Under the pieces are notes generated by a model. The model saw only the letters and a program-made list of their open reading frames with translations. It had not been told where the DNA came from and did no database searches. A stretch of 64,000 nt of DNA. It comes from Lytechinus pictus. Lineage: Eukaryota. Of this stretch, positions 40,421 through 54,000 are shown piece after piece. Every line of letters starts with the position of its first letter. Within the stretch, counting starts at the first letter, position 1. The stretch spans positions 20,400,001-20,464,000 of the forward strand of contig NC_087245.1 in NCBI RefSeq assembly GCF_037042905.1, given 5' to 3'. A program made the translations under genes and the position numbers.

Positions 40421-43172
40421 GTATAGAAATTACCTCACAAGGAAGCTGAACATTTTTTTTTTAAATTATTGCCAAAAAAAACCTAACTCATAAAATATTG
40501 TATTTGGAGGATAACCTGCCTAAAATTGTTTACAGTGAACAATTACATGTAATTAATCCTTGTCCTTTTATTGCATCCGCAATCAAAGGGTACCTCCCCG
40601 TAACATTATTTGTTTTGCCTTTTGAAGCAAGAGACTTCCAAAGTTCAGCTATTGTCTGACTTTGTGTGTGACTGGTCGGTAAAGAATCCAACAATTTTTT
40701 ACCTATTTACAAAAATTACAAGTGAAATGTCTCACATACTTTGGAAAGCCATTGGGAAAGAGAGTACTCATTGTCTCTTATACTAAAATTTCTGTAAAAT
40801 TCTGTAAAAATTGTCAGATTAATTCAACTGTACATGCATAAATGCTTATCCAGTTTAGAGTAATGCATGCATGGTTATAAATATTTTTTTCATTGTTGTG
40901 TTTCTATTCTATTATTAATGTACCATTGTATGTTTGTTACTCTATTGAGAGGAGAGTTGCTAAGCTACATCATGTATAAATTCAAGGACTGATATTGAAT
41001 CTAGAGTTATTATATTCAAGAAAGTCTTACATGGAGCTGTGAGCATTCTGGTTATTTTGTTCGAGCAGAAAAACAGAATGATGACAGTGCTTTCTTACAA
41101 GACATTCCATTTTTATATCACTATTTGGAGTCTTTTAGGTGCATACATAATACATATGTCCATCGAACTATTGTTTTATTTGAATGACAATATGTATACA
41201 AGACACCTGTGCCTGGCATGATCGTATACAAACAAAGTAGGTATACATTCTGCTTCAATTTCATCTTTTAATTTCAATTTTCATGTAATGTTTTGTACAT
41301 ATTTTTATTGGTGTGATTAATATGATTACCGGATTCCCTTCAAAGATATAAATGTAATCTATGCAATTGATTTTGTCCTTTAAAGATGAAATTAGGGTCC
41401 GTGCAACCATAGCTTTTGTTGAAACATGAATCTTTTTTAAGGCCAGATTATACATGTACTTATAGAAATTATATTCATATATATTCAGGAACTTGGATTT
41501 TTTTCTTTTTGATTCACATACATTTTGTATTATGTACATGATATATGATGCAATATGTTGTGAAAAGAATATTGATTGATTTTTTTAAAGAAATGAAATC
41601 GTTAATTTTATTGGATTCTTAACTAACATAATGTATCAACTAGAAGTTATATGTCAAATTGAGAGTAGTTTTATTTTATTAAATCATTTCCATGCCCACT
41701 TCTTTATCTGCATGGCACTAATTTTTTCCAACACATTCAGAATTGACATGAATATACTTTGGACTAAATTAAAAACTTTTTGAAAGTTCTAATTTGTATA
41801 TCTTTGTATCATACCAGATTTTCTCTATTTCATGTAGATTAAAAATGTTGGCTTTGTATATTCTTTGTGTTTTTTATTAGATTGCTACTTTGATTGATTC
41901 CTGCGTGTTACCATTTCTGTGTTTTAAATGAATGCTGTATGAAGCTGCCTTTCAAATGCCAACTGTAAATTTTTAGATTTTATTATACCTTTGTTCTTTT
42001 GAATTTCTCACAATTTTGTCTCTGTATATTTTCGAAATTATTGTGTATATGCACTTTAATAAGTGTCTTGTTTGCTTTTAATGTTGAGATTAATATTTTT
42101 CTTTGATATTGTCACAAGCTGTAGTAACCTGGTTTGATTTTGACAACAGATGGCAGCAAACTGTATCAGCAGGAGTTCACATTGTATGTTTTAGTCCAAC
42201 ATTTTTGTGTATCTAACTACCCGGTACATGCAATCATAAGTTTTCATATTTCATTCTCAAAATTTATGTAAAAACCCCTGTGAGGAACATGAACTAGACT
42301 TGAAAATCCAAATGACTCTTGTTTTTTAAGCTTGATGGTAAGGTTCCCCTGATTTGTGAATTTACTAGGGTTTGTCATGTGTACAAAATGTAAAAATATT
42401 TTAGTGATGGATAGAACATCATTTTATTTGTATTCAAAATAAGTTTGTCACTTGTACTTAAAATCTCGAATGATTCCGAGTGTATTTTGGTGAAGTTCCA
42501 GAATTTGTTGGTAAATTATGAGAATATTGGTACACATTGCTGGGACTACGAGTACATTGTTTGGTTGATAATACTATTTTTATATTCTAAATTTCAAATT
42601 TGGTTTCTATAGGTGCATATCTATAGCAAGGAAAATTAAAGGGATTTGACCAATTTCAATTTTATTTGACATTTTGTGTATTAAAGAGATATAATGCCAT
42701 ATTTTCACACGTGGTGATTGATATAATTATGATTTGATGAGGGACATTTGTATGTTCATTTATGTATTCAGTAAAGAATACTACAAGTGCACACGTATAT
42801 TGCATTGTTTGAAAAGACACTTTTTTTTTCAAATGTACCTTGTCTAAAATTTTATATCTGGTTACAGAATAACTAAATCAAGCAAGAAAACTTAGGGTGA
42901 TTTAATTGTTAATTAAAATTGTTTAACAGATATCATGACTATTCACATGTGATTAGATATACATTTTAGAGCACTATCTATATGTATCATGTGAAATGAA
43001 TCAAGAACAGACTTTACTATTTGCACTATTACATACAAAGAAAGTAAGGCTATTCAGGTACAGTAGTTGCCACAATATATATTAATCGACCTAGTTTATG
43101 AAATGCAATAAATTGTGACTGCAAGTGCTCTAACAAACATTTTTGTGTTTGTCTTGTATCCAGGCCACCTTA

Positions 43173-44006
43173 GGGTTTGTTTATGCTTCCACTTTTCAGG
43201 CCAGAATCAGTGTTTCAAACGTGGTTAGTCCAAAACATGGTTTCGTCCACCCTTGTTTTCATTCAAACAACGTTTCAGAAAGCGGATCAAAAACTTACAA
43301 AAAGGTACGTTTCATAACGTCATTTCTCCAGAATCGGTTTCTGGGGAAGCATAAAGAAGACCAAAATCGTAAATGCGTTATGAATGACGCCATTTGCTTC
43401 ATGCTTCCGGTTTGATAAAAATCTGCATGCAAATACAGTCGCATGGTTATAACAGGGAGTTACCTCCCAACTCCTTTTGGATTCTAATAATGGCCAACAA
43501 TTTACAGTGTGATAATTAACTTAACTACCGGTAGTACTACTATCGCTATGTATACTCCTCTACTTTGTCATCACGACTGTTAAGGGATAAAACTAACAGA
43601 ACAAGAGTTATTGTGATGAGGAGACATCACTGAGCCAGTATAGCACAAACAAAAACAGTAACTGATGTCTTATTCTATTATGTATACTTACATATTTTGT
43701 TTTGTCTAACTATTATCATGGAACTACCATTATCCATAGTGGGAAACCTCCATGCAATTAAAGATTGGAAGTTGTTTGAAGACCATAACAACACTCGGGG
43801 AAATAACAAAAAAAATGGCACGCCGTATTTTACCTCGCTTTCCTGCTATAAAACAAAAATTACTATCCAAAGTCAGCTGCAGATCATAAGTTTGTCTGAA
43901 AATTTGAGTATAAACAGCAATTCCAGAACCACTTTTGCAATAGGTGTTCTGAAACAATGTTTGAAAATGCTAATTCTGTCTTCGAAATGGAAGCATAAAC
44001 TCACCC
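43173..44006. mobile_element. PIF/Harbinger-like non-autonomous transposon
   Basis: tta|gggtttgtttatgcttcca ... tggaagcataaactcaccc|tta; TTA TSD. Confidence 0.8.
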
Positions 44007-44172
44007 TTAGATGTGTAAACTGTGAGCTTTAGAGCATAATGAGAGAAAAAGAGGGATTATGAAAGAGAGAGAATGGGGGGGGGGGGGGGTAGACAGCAGA
44101 GTGGACAGGTAGGATGAGAGTGGGATTTACTAATAAAAAATATTGAAACATGTTAATCAATCAGTAATCAGA

Positions 44173-44572
44173 GGGAGCGGTGTTGGCTCAGTCGGTAACG
44201 CGTCTGCCCGTCGAATCAAAGATCGTGGGTTCGAGTCCACCCCGGGCGGATGACTGAAGTCAGTGCGTTGTGTGTAAACGTCTCTCCCATGTTTCATAGA
44301 TGCAGGCTATGTTACAATGGAAAACACTCCGTCCCTCGGATAGGACGTTAAATGGAGGCCCCGTGTAGAGGAGAGTCACCACCTTTGCACGTTAAGAACC
44401 CACTGCACTATTCGTATAAGAGTAGGGGGAAACCCCGATGTAGTGGTCCACCTGCATTCCCCCCAATCAGTTATATCGGGAGGAGGGACCTGCGGGTCAT
44501 AGTGATTCAGTTCGCTTTTCGCCTCCCAGGCACAGGTGACGCCAAACAAATAATAATAATAATAATAATAAA
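44173..44572 (+). mobile_element. Full-length tRNA-derived SINE with a Deu/Nin-like central domain
   Basis: A box tggctcagtcgg and B box ggttcgagtcc; core ggacgttaaatggaggcc...cccactgcactattcgtataagagtagggg..accccg; (aat)n tail. Confidence 0.85.
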
Positions 44573-45597
44573 AACCCAAAATGGCCCATATTTTGAAGTT
44601 TTGTTTCTTTGCCACTCTGAGCATATGGTGAAGCATTAATTTAGCATGCAAATTTCTCATATTTTTATTCTTGATTTCCTCATTTTTCATACTTTGTTTT
44701 ATCACAATACTCCCATTTTATCAGGTATAAGATAGGGTACATTGATTACTGCGCAAAGTTGCGCAATACTCTATCACGTAGCGTACACTGGTACTACATT
44801 TTATCAGGTAGGGTATTGCACAATACTTCATTTATCAGGAAGGGTACACTGGTTATTATAGGGGCTTTTGAGACATATTTCAGAATAATCAATACATTTT
44901 TCACTTAGTGGATGAAATGGTAAGAATAAGGCTGATAAAGTTTCTTTGGAAAAATATATGTTTTCCAAATGTTCTCGCCTTGTAATCAAGCATGGATATC
45001 TCTACGGGTGGAGGCAGCAATGATGAACTCCAGTTGAGGGGCTTCAGATCTTGAGCCACGGTCACTGAAATTCTGTTCTAAAACTATGGGTAATGAAATA
45101 TTAGCATTTTGTGCACACTATATAATTTCATATGTTTATGTGGCTCTGTGAAGGATTACCAGTATTGTAATCGTTATTCACAAATATTTTTTTCTTGGGA
45201 TAGCCAGACTAATATATTGCACATCCTCTGTGTTGCAATTGGCTACCTATAGCTAAACTACACATTTACACAGTTAGTGTTACATTATTCAGAGGCCACT
45301 GTGTTAAACAAAACCCTCAAATGAAAATTTTGACAGAGACAAATACTGCAGTGAGGAAAAAGGATAAAAACATTTTCAAATGCATTTTTGATAGAAATGG
45401 TACATTTATTTTTGAAATTGTACATAGGAGTCCAATTCATTCACTTTTTGTCAATATAGGCATTGTCACACATCAAATATATCATTGGTACAAGCAAGTA
45501 CAAACATGTCTGATTGTCGTACACACAACTTCAACAAAGAAACGTCCATTCATGAACTACCCTTAGCCAACCAGAAAGATATTGACTGAATTTTCAT

Positions 45598-45657
45598 CTT
45601 CAAAGACCTTCCTCTCATATTGACTTCAAAGACCGTCCTCTCATAGTGACTTCAAAG
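45598..45657. repeat. 26-bp tandem repeat (~2.3 copies)
   Basis: cttcaaagacc(t/g)tcctctcata(t/g)tga repeated. Confidence 0.8.
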
Positions 45658-47260
45658 GTCTTGAAAGGTATACATCCACAATTTTAAGACACAATATACG
45701 ATTTATCATGTATTGGGGGGAGGGGGGGTAACCACTTACAACAAAGTTAGAGTAATGGAACATTCTTCTGTCATCTATTCATTAATCAGGTATTTTCATC
45801 ATTGGTGAGGGCTAGTGACAAACATAGTACATTTCACAGCAAGAAATTCACACCAATTTTGTCCAGCAATAGAAAACACAACCACCCAATCGGCCAAAAA
45901 TAAAGGAAAGAATTATCTTGATGAAATCACACCTTCAGTGATATTATCAGTCTGGAAAAATATATATATATATATCAAGACTTATGTTTGGACATAATGA
46001 AAGATATAATGCAGTTAAGGAGGAATGATATTTTATGAGTTAATTCAGTATCAATCAAACTAAATTTACTCTGGAACTTGGACACAGCATTAATTATCAA
46101 ATCTATTTTGCATTGCAAATTCATTCTAGTCTAATTCTTAAGATAAAAAAATGAACCTGTACAGGTGTATATAAGGTGACACAACATATGCTCCTGCGAC
46201 ATTTGCTCCGGTCTTCACATAGAGGGCATAGGGTTAGAGTTAGGATTGTAGGAGTGTTTAATTCAAAATATTGTGAATACAAGAAATGGGGTTTATTTAG
46301 TTTGGAAGATTAGGGTTTAAATTTGGCTTATCATGCAGATTTTCCATTGGAGCAAAAGTCACAGAACCGTGACACTGTATTTAAACACAAACACTTGTCG
46401 AAAACATGTATACTGGGGTGCATCATATGCCTGTCTGTTTTCTTTTCAATCACTTGAAAAGAAAAAAGAATTATAAATAGTATATATAGCAATTCCTCCG
46501 AAAAAAATAGGTAAAAGACACTGAGGGTTGATAAACAGAAGGACGTATATTATGTTACTGACTTTTGGGGACCAGCTTGGCACCAAAATAATCAATAATC
46601 ACCAAAAGAGTCTGGAATCATAATCTACTTTGTAATATAACTCTAGCTTCCATAATACATACTTGTAGTAAGATGGAACACTGACTTGATTGCAGAGTGT
46701 AAAACAAAAAATATCATTCAAATAAATGTTTGGCATAGATTGTCAAAACAAATGATTGTACAAAGAAAAGTGCTGGTGACACTGAAAATCAAATCATAAG
46801 TCCAGATTCAGTAATAATAAGGAAGGTCCACAGGGGCTTATTTAATTTTTTTTTTAAAACACATCTTTGTATGATATACGAATACCAGGGCTTAGGCAGT
46901 ATCAAGGGAACTATAAGAAAATTAGAATAAAAATAATGAATAACATAAAAATATAAACATACAGTATGTATCTGAGGTATTTGCTGTGCTTTACATATAA
47001 ATTAAAGTAGATACATTTTAGAAAAGTACAAATTGCATTACAGGGCCATCTGATTTGCATATTTTGATTTTCTTCAGGAAATTGTACATTATTTCTTTGC
47101 CCTTTTCTCTCTCAATAAATGGTTACAATATTTCCCTTAAGTTGGTATTGTTAAATGCAACACATTCTTCAATTAAACTTCCCTTGCAAAAATTAAACAA
47201 GACAGAAAACAAACACCGTAAATTTTTCTTTCTCTCTGTCTACATATATATATATATACA

Positions 47261-47459
47261 CAGAGGTGCTAAAAAGTTAGTGAACCCCACCACAAAATAC
47301 ACTCCTTCATGCTGAGTGTTAAGTGTAGACACTGAAATGTTCGACAAGCCCAGAGAAGCAAATTTTATTGAATGTAATATTTTATCACCTGACTTCACAA
47401 TTGAAAAATCTAAACATGTTCATTTTCTGGGGGAGTTCACTCACTTTTGAGCACCACTG
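47261..47459. mobile_element. Tc1/mariner-like MITE
   Basis: cagaggtgctaaaaagttagtgaac ... gttcactcacttttgagcaccactg|ta, adjacent to a (TA)n run. Confidence 0.75.
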
Positions 47460-50400
47460 TACATATAGATATTCTAAAGACTAACTTCTTGACGTTTTTT
47501 CTCAAAATTCTCGGATGAAAAAAATAATATCCTTACTCTCTAACTATAAATGACAATTCCATCTGCAGCTGAAGTACATATGTAAGAAATAGTGTAGCAT
47601 TGTAAATAAAATGTTACCAGGTACTTTTTGCATTGAAAACAAAATAATGAAATGCAAACTATTGTAGTAATGTACAACACAAAAAAGTGAAAGTAATGCT
47701 TCATGATATTATTCAAAATTCATCTTAATTTATCAGAAGTCTTTGGTTTTATCAGATATATGCAATCAGATATATGCATGGAAGTCACTACATTCTCTTC
47801 ATTTTCTTGATAAATGAAACAATACACTAAATATACACATATGTCTACAAGCTTTTAATACTTCAAACATGGACTCTTTGACACATGAGAGTGGAGCAAT
47901 GCACATCTACTAATGTTGATATAGATAGCAGAAGTAGTTAACAATCTTAACTATAAACACAAAATAGCATACAAACATGTTGTAACATTACAAGGGCAAT
48001 GCACTATAAGCAGCTTACAAAAAATAATATCATATCATATATATGCACTATTCACGTGAAAGGACAAAAGAGCGGAAATACTGGGCTAAACATAAGTCCA
48101 ATTGGGATGTCCAAAAGTAATAAAGACTGGAATTAAAAGGTGCATTGCTTATCAGTCCAGTACTTTGGCCAAATTTGCCACTCAGAGCAAAGAATTAAAG
48201 GTTTACATATATTATTTTTGGACACCACATGCAGTTCTTCATTTATTACAAGTATGATGATTGTAATCAATACATGTACATGACTAAAGGAGCTTTCAAA
48301 ATGAAGATGGCAAGGGTAAGACAAGTGGAGTAGCACTGCTAGTCTCGCCTGCCTAACATGATTCAACACTGTAGCAGTGTTTGTTTTGTGACATTGAAGG
48401 GTCTGTCAATATTCTTAACTTCAATTACATTTCTATTTGACCCAGTGACACAAGCAGGATGTTAAATTGACAAAGATCACATAATTTCAAAATAATGCTG
48501 GAAATTGACAATCTTGGTTAGTAAGCCTTGGTTAAGGTTTTATGTTTTTGATATAGCATAGCCAAAGTTGGACCAGGAATGGCATTTTATTACTTGGCTC
48601 AATGAAGTTCAGGTCAAGGAATTTGATGTCCAAGTTTTATGAAATACAGCCTTTTATTTAATTAATTATATTTTAAAAACTTAACTTCAGGTTAAAATTT
48701 GTGTTGAGGCAGAGGTCACAGTTGTCGGAAAGCAGCGTCTATGTCTTACTTATGAATATGATGTGCAGGCAAGACAAAAATGGCATCACAAGAATTACCA
48801 CACACTGCACAGTCATTCTTCAGTGTCCACTGCTCCACGTACACGGTTTTGAAAGCTCTTTGTGAACTGTTCATGGAGAGAACTTTACAAGAACAAACAC
48901 AAAATATTTCCATTTTTCCACTAAAACACCACCTGCTTAGCCATATCCGGCCCATTTTCACACTAAGGCCACTCACAATATAACTCTCTTATATATATCT
49001 CAATAAATAAGTTAAATTTGAAATGTACAGATGAAAACAGTGAATTTGCGACAGATATGACAATGATAAAATCCAGGTAAAATTGTTTCTAAAACTGTAC
49101 TTGCAGAACTGCCATAATTAACGTCATAATTTGAGTTGTTGAAAGCTATAGGATAAAGTCGGTAATTCAACAAAATGCATATAATATCTGTACATCTCAT
49201 TTTGGAAATTACAGGCTTCTGATGAAAAACAACAGTATTTGCTCAACAAAATTTTGTACACAATTTCTATCAAAGAGTACCACATGTGTATCTTTGTCGC
49301 ACTATTAACGAACATACAAAAGAAAAAAAAAACCAGAAGAAAAGAAAAATAGAAGAAAATAAGCACCAGATGTAGGAGAAAAATAAAGAGAAACAAAGAA
49401 TGGGGTGGAGAAGAAAAAGAAATGAGACATAGAAATTATTTAAAAAAATACAAATACCAGTACAAGGAGAAAGAAGAGATGGAAAGGTGGAAATAAAATC
49501 CAAATACAGAAAGAAAAACTTAGTATTACTATTCCATGCAGAGGGATTGCATTAAATGACAATCTGTTCTCGTAAAACCATTGTACAATGTTCATCACTT
49601 ACGGCTTAAAACTAGAATGAAGAACAATCGCTCAAAAATGGAAATCACTTAGTACCTATCAATGTAATACACAAGCATACTAGTTTGAAAAAATAAACCA
49701 CCAAAGCAAAGTTATACATTTACTGAAAATATGCTTTGAAATTGATTTACAGAAACAGAAAGGTAGAAAGATAGTTTAAAGCCATGTATCCCTTGCATAT
49801 TATCGCAAAAGTTTCCTTTAAAAGTTTAAGCATGAATTGATTCTAAATTGACTTACATGATTGTACTTGAAAGTAGATTAGGGAAGATTATGGCTTCAAT
49901 TGGCTTCTCATTTTGGTTGTCATGAAAGTCATGATTGATTGCACATAACAGAAATTTATCAAATATAAGAAAATATTGATTTTATATTTCATCTGATTGT
50001 GTTTTATATTTCATTGAATGTCACTTGAAACGTTAATTGGGTTAAAAATATCTAAGAACTCGGAGCATACAACATGAAAAAGATACAATTACTATGCAAG
50101 TGGACATGATCATAAATATTAACATTAAAATCTTTTAAGTATTATCAGTACTATTTTTATTACCTCCATGATCATTGAATAAAAATAACCCCCACAGAGA
50201 AAACAAATGCTTGATATTTAAATTAAATTATTTTCAGTAATCCCAAAAAATGATAGAAGATTAATACGGCAAAGAATGCCACTTAATCTTGAATTCATCA
50301 CATGATGATAATAACCAACACTAAAGACAGCACCAACACATTAGCAATAATTTAAGAGAGTACATTATTCATGATTCAAAATGAATACTGCTTTTTGCTC

Positions 50401-50882
50401 AAGTTCATTGGGATGGTCATATGAGAAGTCAAATTCATAAAATGCTAATCATGTTTTAATCATATTTGATGATTACTGGACATTTTTAATTACAAAAGGA
50501 AAAGGTACATTAGGTGGGTGCAGCTCTTGTCTATCCAGTGCCTGAAGGAATAATGGCTCCAAGACAATTTGTTTTTTCCCAGTAGTACACCCTCAACATA
50601 CGTGCAAACCCTATGCATAGTTCACAAACATACAACTCTCTGAAGCACCACAATAGCTTTCCAGAGGTTCATCCTGACATATCAACACCTGGTGTATGCA
50701 TAGTAAGACGTGACAATAGAGACGTGGTGATCACGAACTGGTAATACATGTAGGTAAAAATGCTCACGAATTCCATTCACTTGGATAAAAATCACACGAG
50801 TGTCCAATACAGTTCCAATGGCAAGACTCTTCCATTAATGACTGATTACTCCCTCTGCGAGTTTGCGTTGATGGGGCTTTTG

Positions 50883-51068
50883 TTAAAGTCTATCAAAAGA
50901 GTTCATTTTGTGGAGTGTCTTCTGCACTCTCATGATGGATCCGTCACTCATGAAGCCAGAGCTTTGGCTGAGGGGCGAATCCATGTCCGAGCTGTTGCTA
51001 TGGAGATCCATCATTTGGGGCGGTTTTCTCCATCGGGAGATGGGGGAGTTTGGGGTGGACACATTGTA
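50883..51068 (-). CDS. CTNNAL1: alpha-catulin terminal coding exon (YNVSTPNSPISRWRKPP...MNSFDRL*)
   Basis: tag acceptor; 61 codons then TAA. Confidence 0.8.
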   Translation of the reverse strand, partial: YNVSTPNSPISRWRKPPQMMDLHSNSSDMDSPLSQSSGFMSDGSIMRVQKTLHKMNSFDRL

Positions 51069-54000
51069 CTAGAAATAAAGAATGGGGGGGGGGAGAATGT
51101 TCAACATTAATTAAATATTTAAGTCATCAGAGATTTTCTTATAAGAAAATACACATACTGTAAATATCCATCTCCTTATATATAGTTTTACAAGGAATCA
51201 CTTCTGTATGAAAACAATGAGGGTCATCTGATAAACTATCACTGACAAAGCACAAAACAATTATAATTTTGAGACTTCAATTTTCTGCCAAAAATATTGG
51301 CAACTTTACAAGCACTTTACTCTGATCAAATCAATGCAAAGAAATATAATTTCTAAATTGCAACATGCAACATATGAATGTGAGTATCATGATTTAAACC
51401 TGTAAAAGTTGATTGTGTCATCGCTTTTGTTTGGCAACACCAGTTTTATTCAAATTCAAATATTTTTTTTCATTTCCAACAGAAAATATAATACAGAACA
51501 TATAAAATCAAACTGCTTATTCTTGTAGTGCATTGTTTTAACCTAAAATTTGTCATGTGTCTAATATGCTTGCACAGTTTCAATAAATACAAAGGAATAA
51601 ACAAAAATAAATATATATAACTCACCTTTGAAGATAATGAGTAACATATAGGAACTATTCTAACAATACAAAGAAGTAGACTCTTGGTTTCTTGAATCGT
51701 ACAGTCAACCTACATGTAGAAAGAAAAAACATAAAGAGAGTAATAATACACTTGATTAACAGAAAATGCATAGTTCCTGATTGTGGCACTGGATTGTGGA
51801 AGAAACTGTCTCACAAACAGTTTAGGAAATGGTGATTATAATTTACTAATAAATTAGGTACACTGAGGAATCTTCAAAATGATAGGAAATTGACAAAATT
51901 CTGATTACTGTCACATTCTCTGACACAGAAATACTTGTATCGGAGTACACATAAATGTTTGAACCATACATCAAAGCTGTTTTTAAATCTTTTGAATGTG
52001 AGGGATGTTTTTTGTGTCATTAGATACAATGATCACGAAAGCTTTAAAAATTCTTGATGGCAGGTGTCATCCTCCTTCGTGAAAATTTCAAGCTACATTA
52101 TTCACACTCTTGGAAATAATGAAAATCCTCCGTCTTCACATGACTTTACAGAAGAGAAAAATAAGAAACCTTCATGACATATCATTAAAATGTGACAATG
52201 ATTAGGAATTCAACCAACTATTATCATCATGCTAATCATTTCGGCAAATTAACACTCCCTCCCCCCCAAAAAAAAAAAAATGATAATGAACTCGTTAAAG
52301 ATGATATTGATGATTGATGTCTGAGGTAATGGTGAATTTAAATTTTGTGTTGGTGTTGGAAGCAGAATTCAGAATTCTTCTGTATCTCCAAACAACTGAT
52401 GTAGATTTACACTGATAGCTCAACATCTAACGAGATCCATCCCAGGACCAGGGAGGTGTTTCATAAAGCTATCATAAGTTACAAGCTACTTTACTGGTGA
52501 TCCTTTCTTAGGTGCCTAATCAACATCATCAAAAAGCTTGTGTATATTACTTACCACAAAAAAGGAACAAGTCATTCATGAAATCACTCGTAATTTACGA
52601 TCCATCCCAGGACCAGGGAGGTGTTTCATAAAGCTTTCATAAGTTACAAGCTACTTTACTGGTGATCCTTTAAGAGGTGTCAAATCAACATTCTCAAAAA
52701 AGCTTGTGTGTATTACTTCCCACAAAAAACAAACAACAGTCATTCATGAAATCACTCGTAATTTACGAACCGCTTTATGAAACACCCATCAGGACCAGGT
52801 ACATTTTAAGTTAGGTGATGTCCTGATGTCAACTGTGACCCAACACCAAGACCAAAAGGGCAACACTGAACTTAATAATAATAATAATAATCCGCATTTA
52901 TACAGCACTTAATACATCTGAATGACATGTCTAAGCGCTTTACAGATATATTATAACCCCGGTCATCAGATTCAATCAGTCCTCCACTCCTTGGGGAGTA
53001 TTCCAGTCAGTCGCCGGTGGGCCGCACACAGTTCTGGACAAGCTACAATGACTTTCACATCCTACCAGGTACCCATTTAGCACCTGGGTCAAGAGTGGCA
53101 AAGTGAGGATTAACGCCTTGCCAACGGACGCCAGACCGTGGTGGGATTTGAACACTAGACCCTCTGTTTACAAGGCGAGAGCAAGAACCATTACACCACA
53201 GAATCCTCCACTTAAGATCATCCAATGTCCAATCTTACCTTATTGAATGTACTGGCTTTGCCTGCTGATGGTGACTTGGTGGTAAAGTTGAGCTGCTGAC
53301 AGTGTGATGGGATCTGCTCTAAGTACATCATCAGTTCATTCCTAAGCTGACAGTCTGGAACCTGACCAGCAAACTCACGGACTGATCGGAAGAGCTTGTT
53401 ACCCTCTTCAGCAAAATACTGAAAAGACATTTTAAAACAGGAGAGAGATAGAAATGAATCGGATCACAATATAAAAATATGAAAATTAGGATCTCTTTTG
53501 GCAGGAGCATCAACATCCTTAACTTTTTTAAAAGGAGTAGCTAATCATGTACCTTACTGCATGCTTATGAACATCAATGTTGCATAAATTATCACCAAAA
53601 TTATGCCACAAGCAAGGTGATACTTAAAGCATTATATAACGTTATCTCCAATTTCAGCATCAATGTGATTATCTTCATTTTTATCAACATCAGCAATCCC
53701 ATCATCATCACCACCACTACCATTACCATCTTCACTGACGTTGTTTTTGTCGTTCTCACCACCATCTCCATCACCACCACCACCATAATCGTCATCGTCA
53801 TCATCATCATCAGCATCATCATCACCACCACTACCACCATCGTTGATTTCTCACCTCTGCTTGCTTGAAGAGATCTAATGTTGTCTTGAGTGATCCCTCC
53901 CCTCTCGTGAACATATACATAGCATAGGCCATACTTGACATGTTCTTGGCCCTCTTCACGACATCATTGGCTTGGTCCTCCCATTTCTCGGTCTCTGCAT

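Noticed and set aside
44173..44248. tRNA gene (Arg-like head)
   Set aside because: Cloverleaf is degenerate; it is the head of a SINE with an (aat)n tail.
53601..53868. Hydrophobic Met/Val- and Ile/Thr-rich ORFs
   Set aside because: Translations of a (CAT/CAC)n microsatellite.
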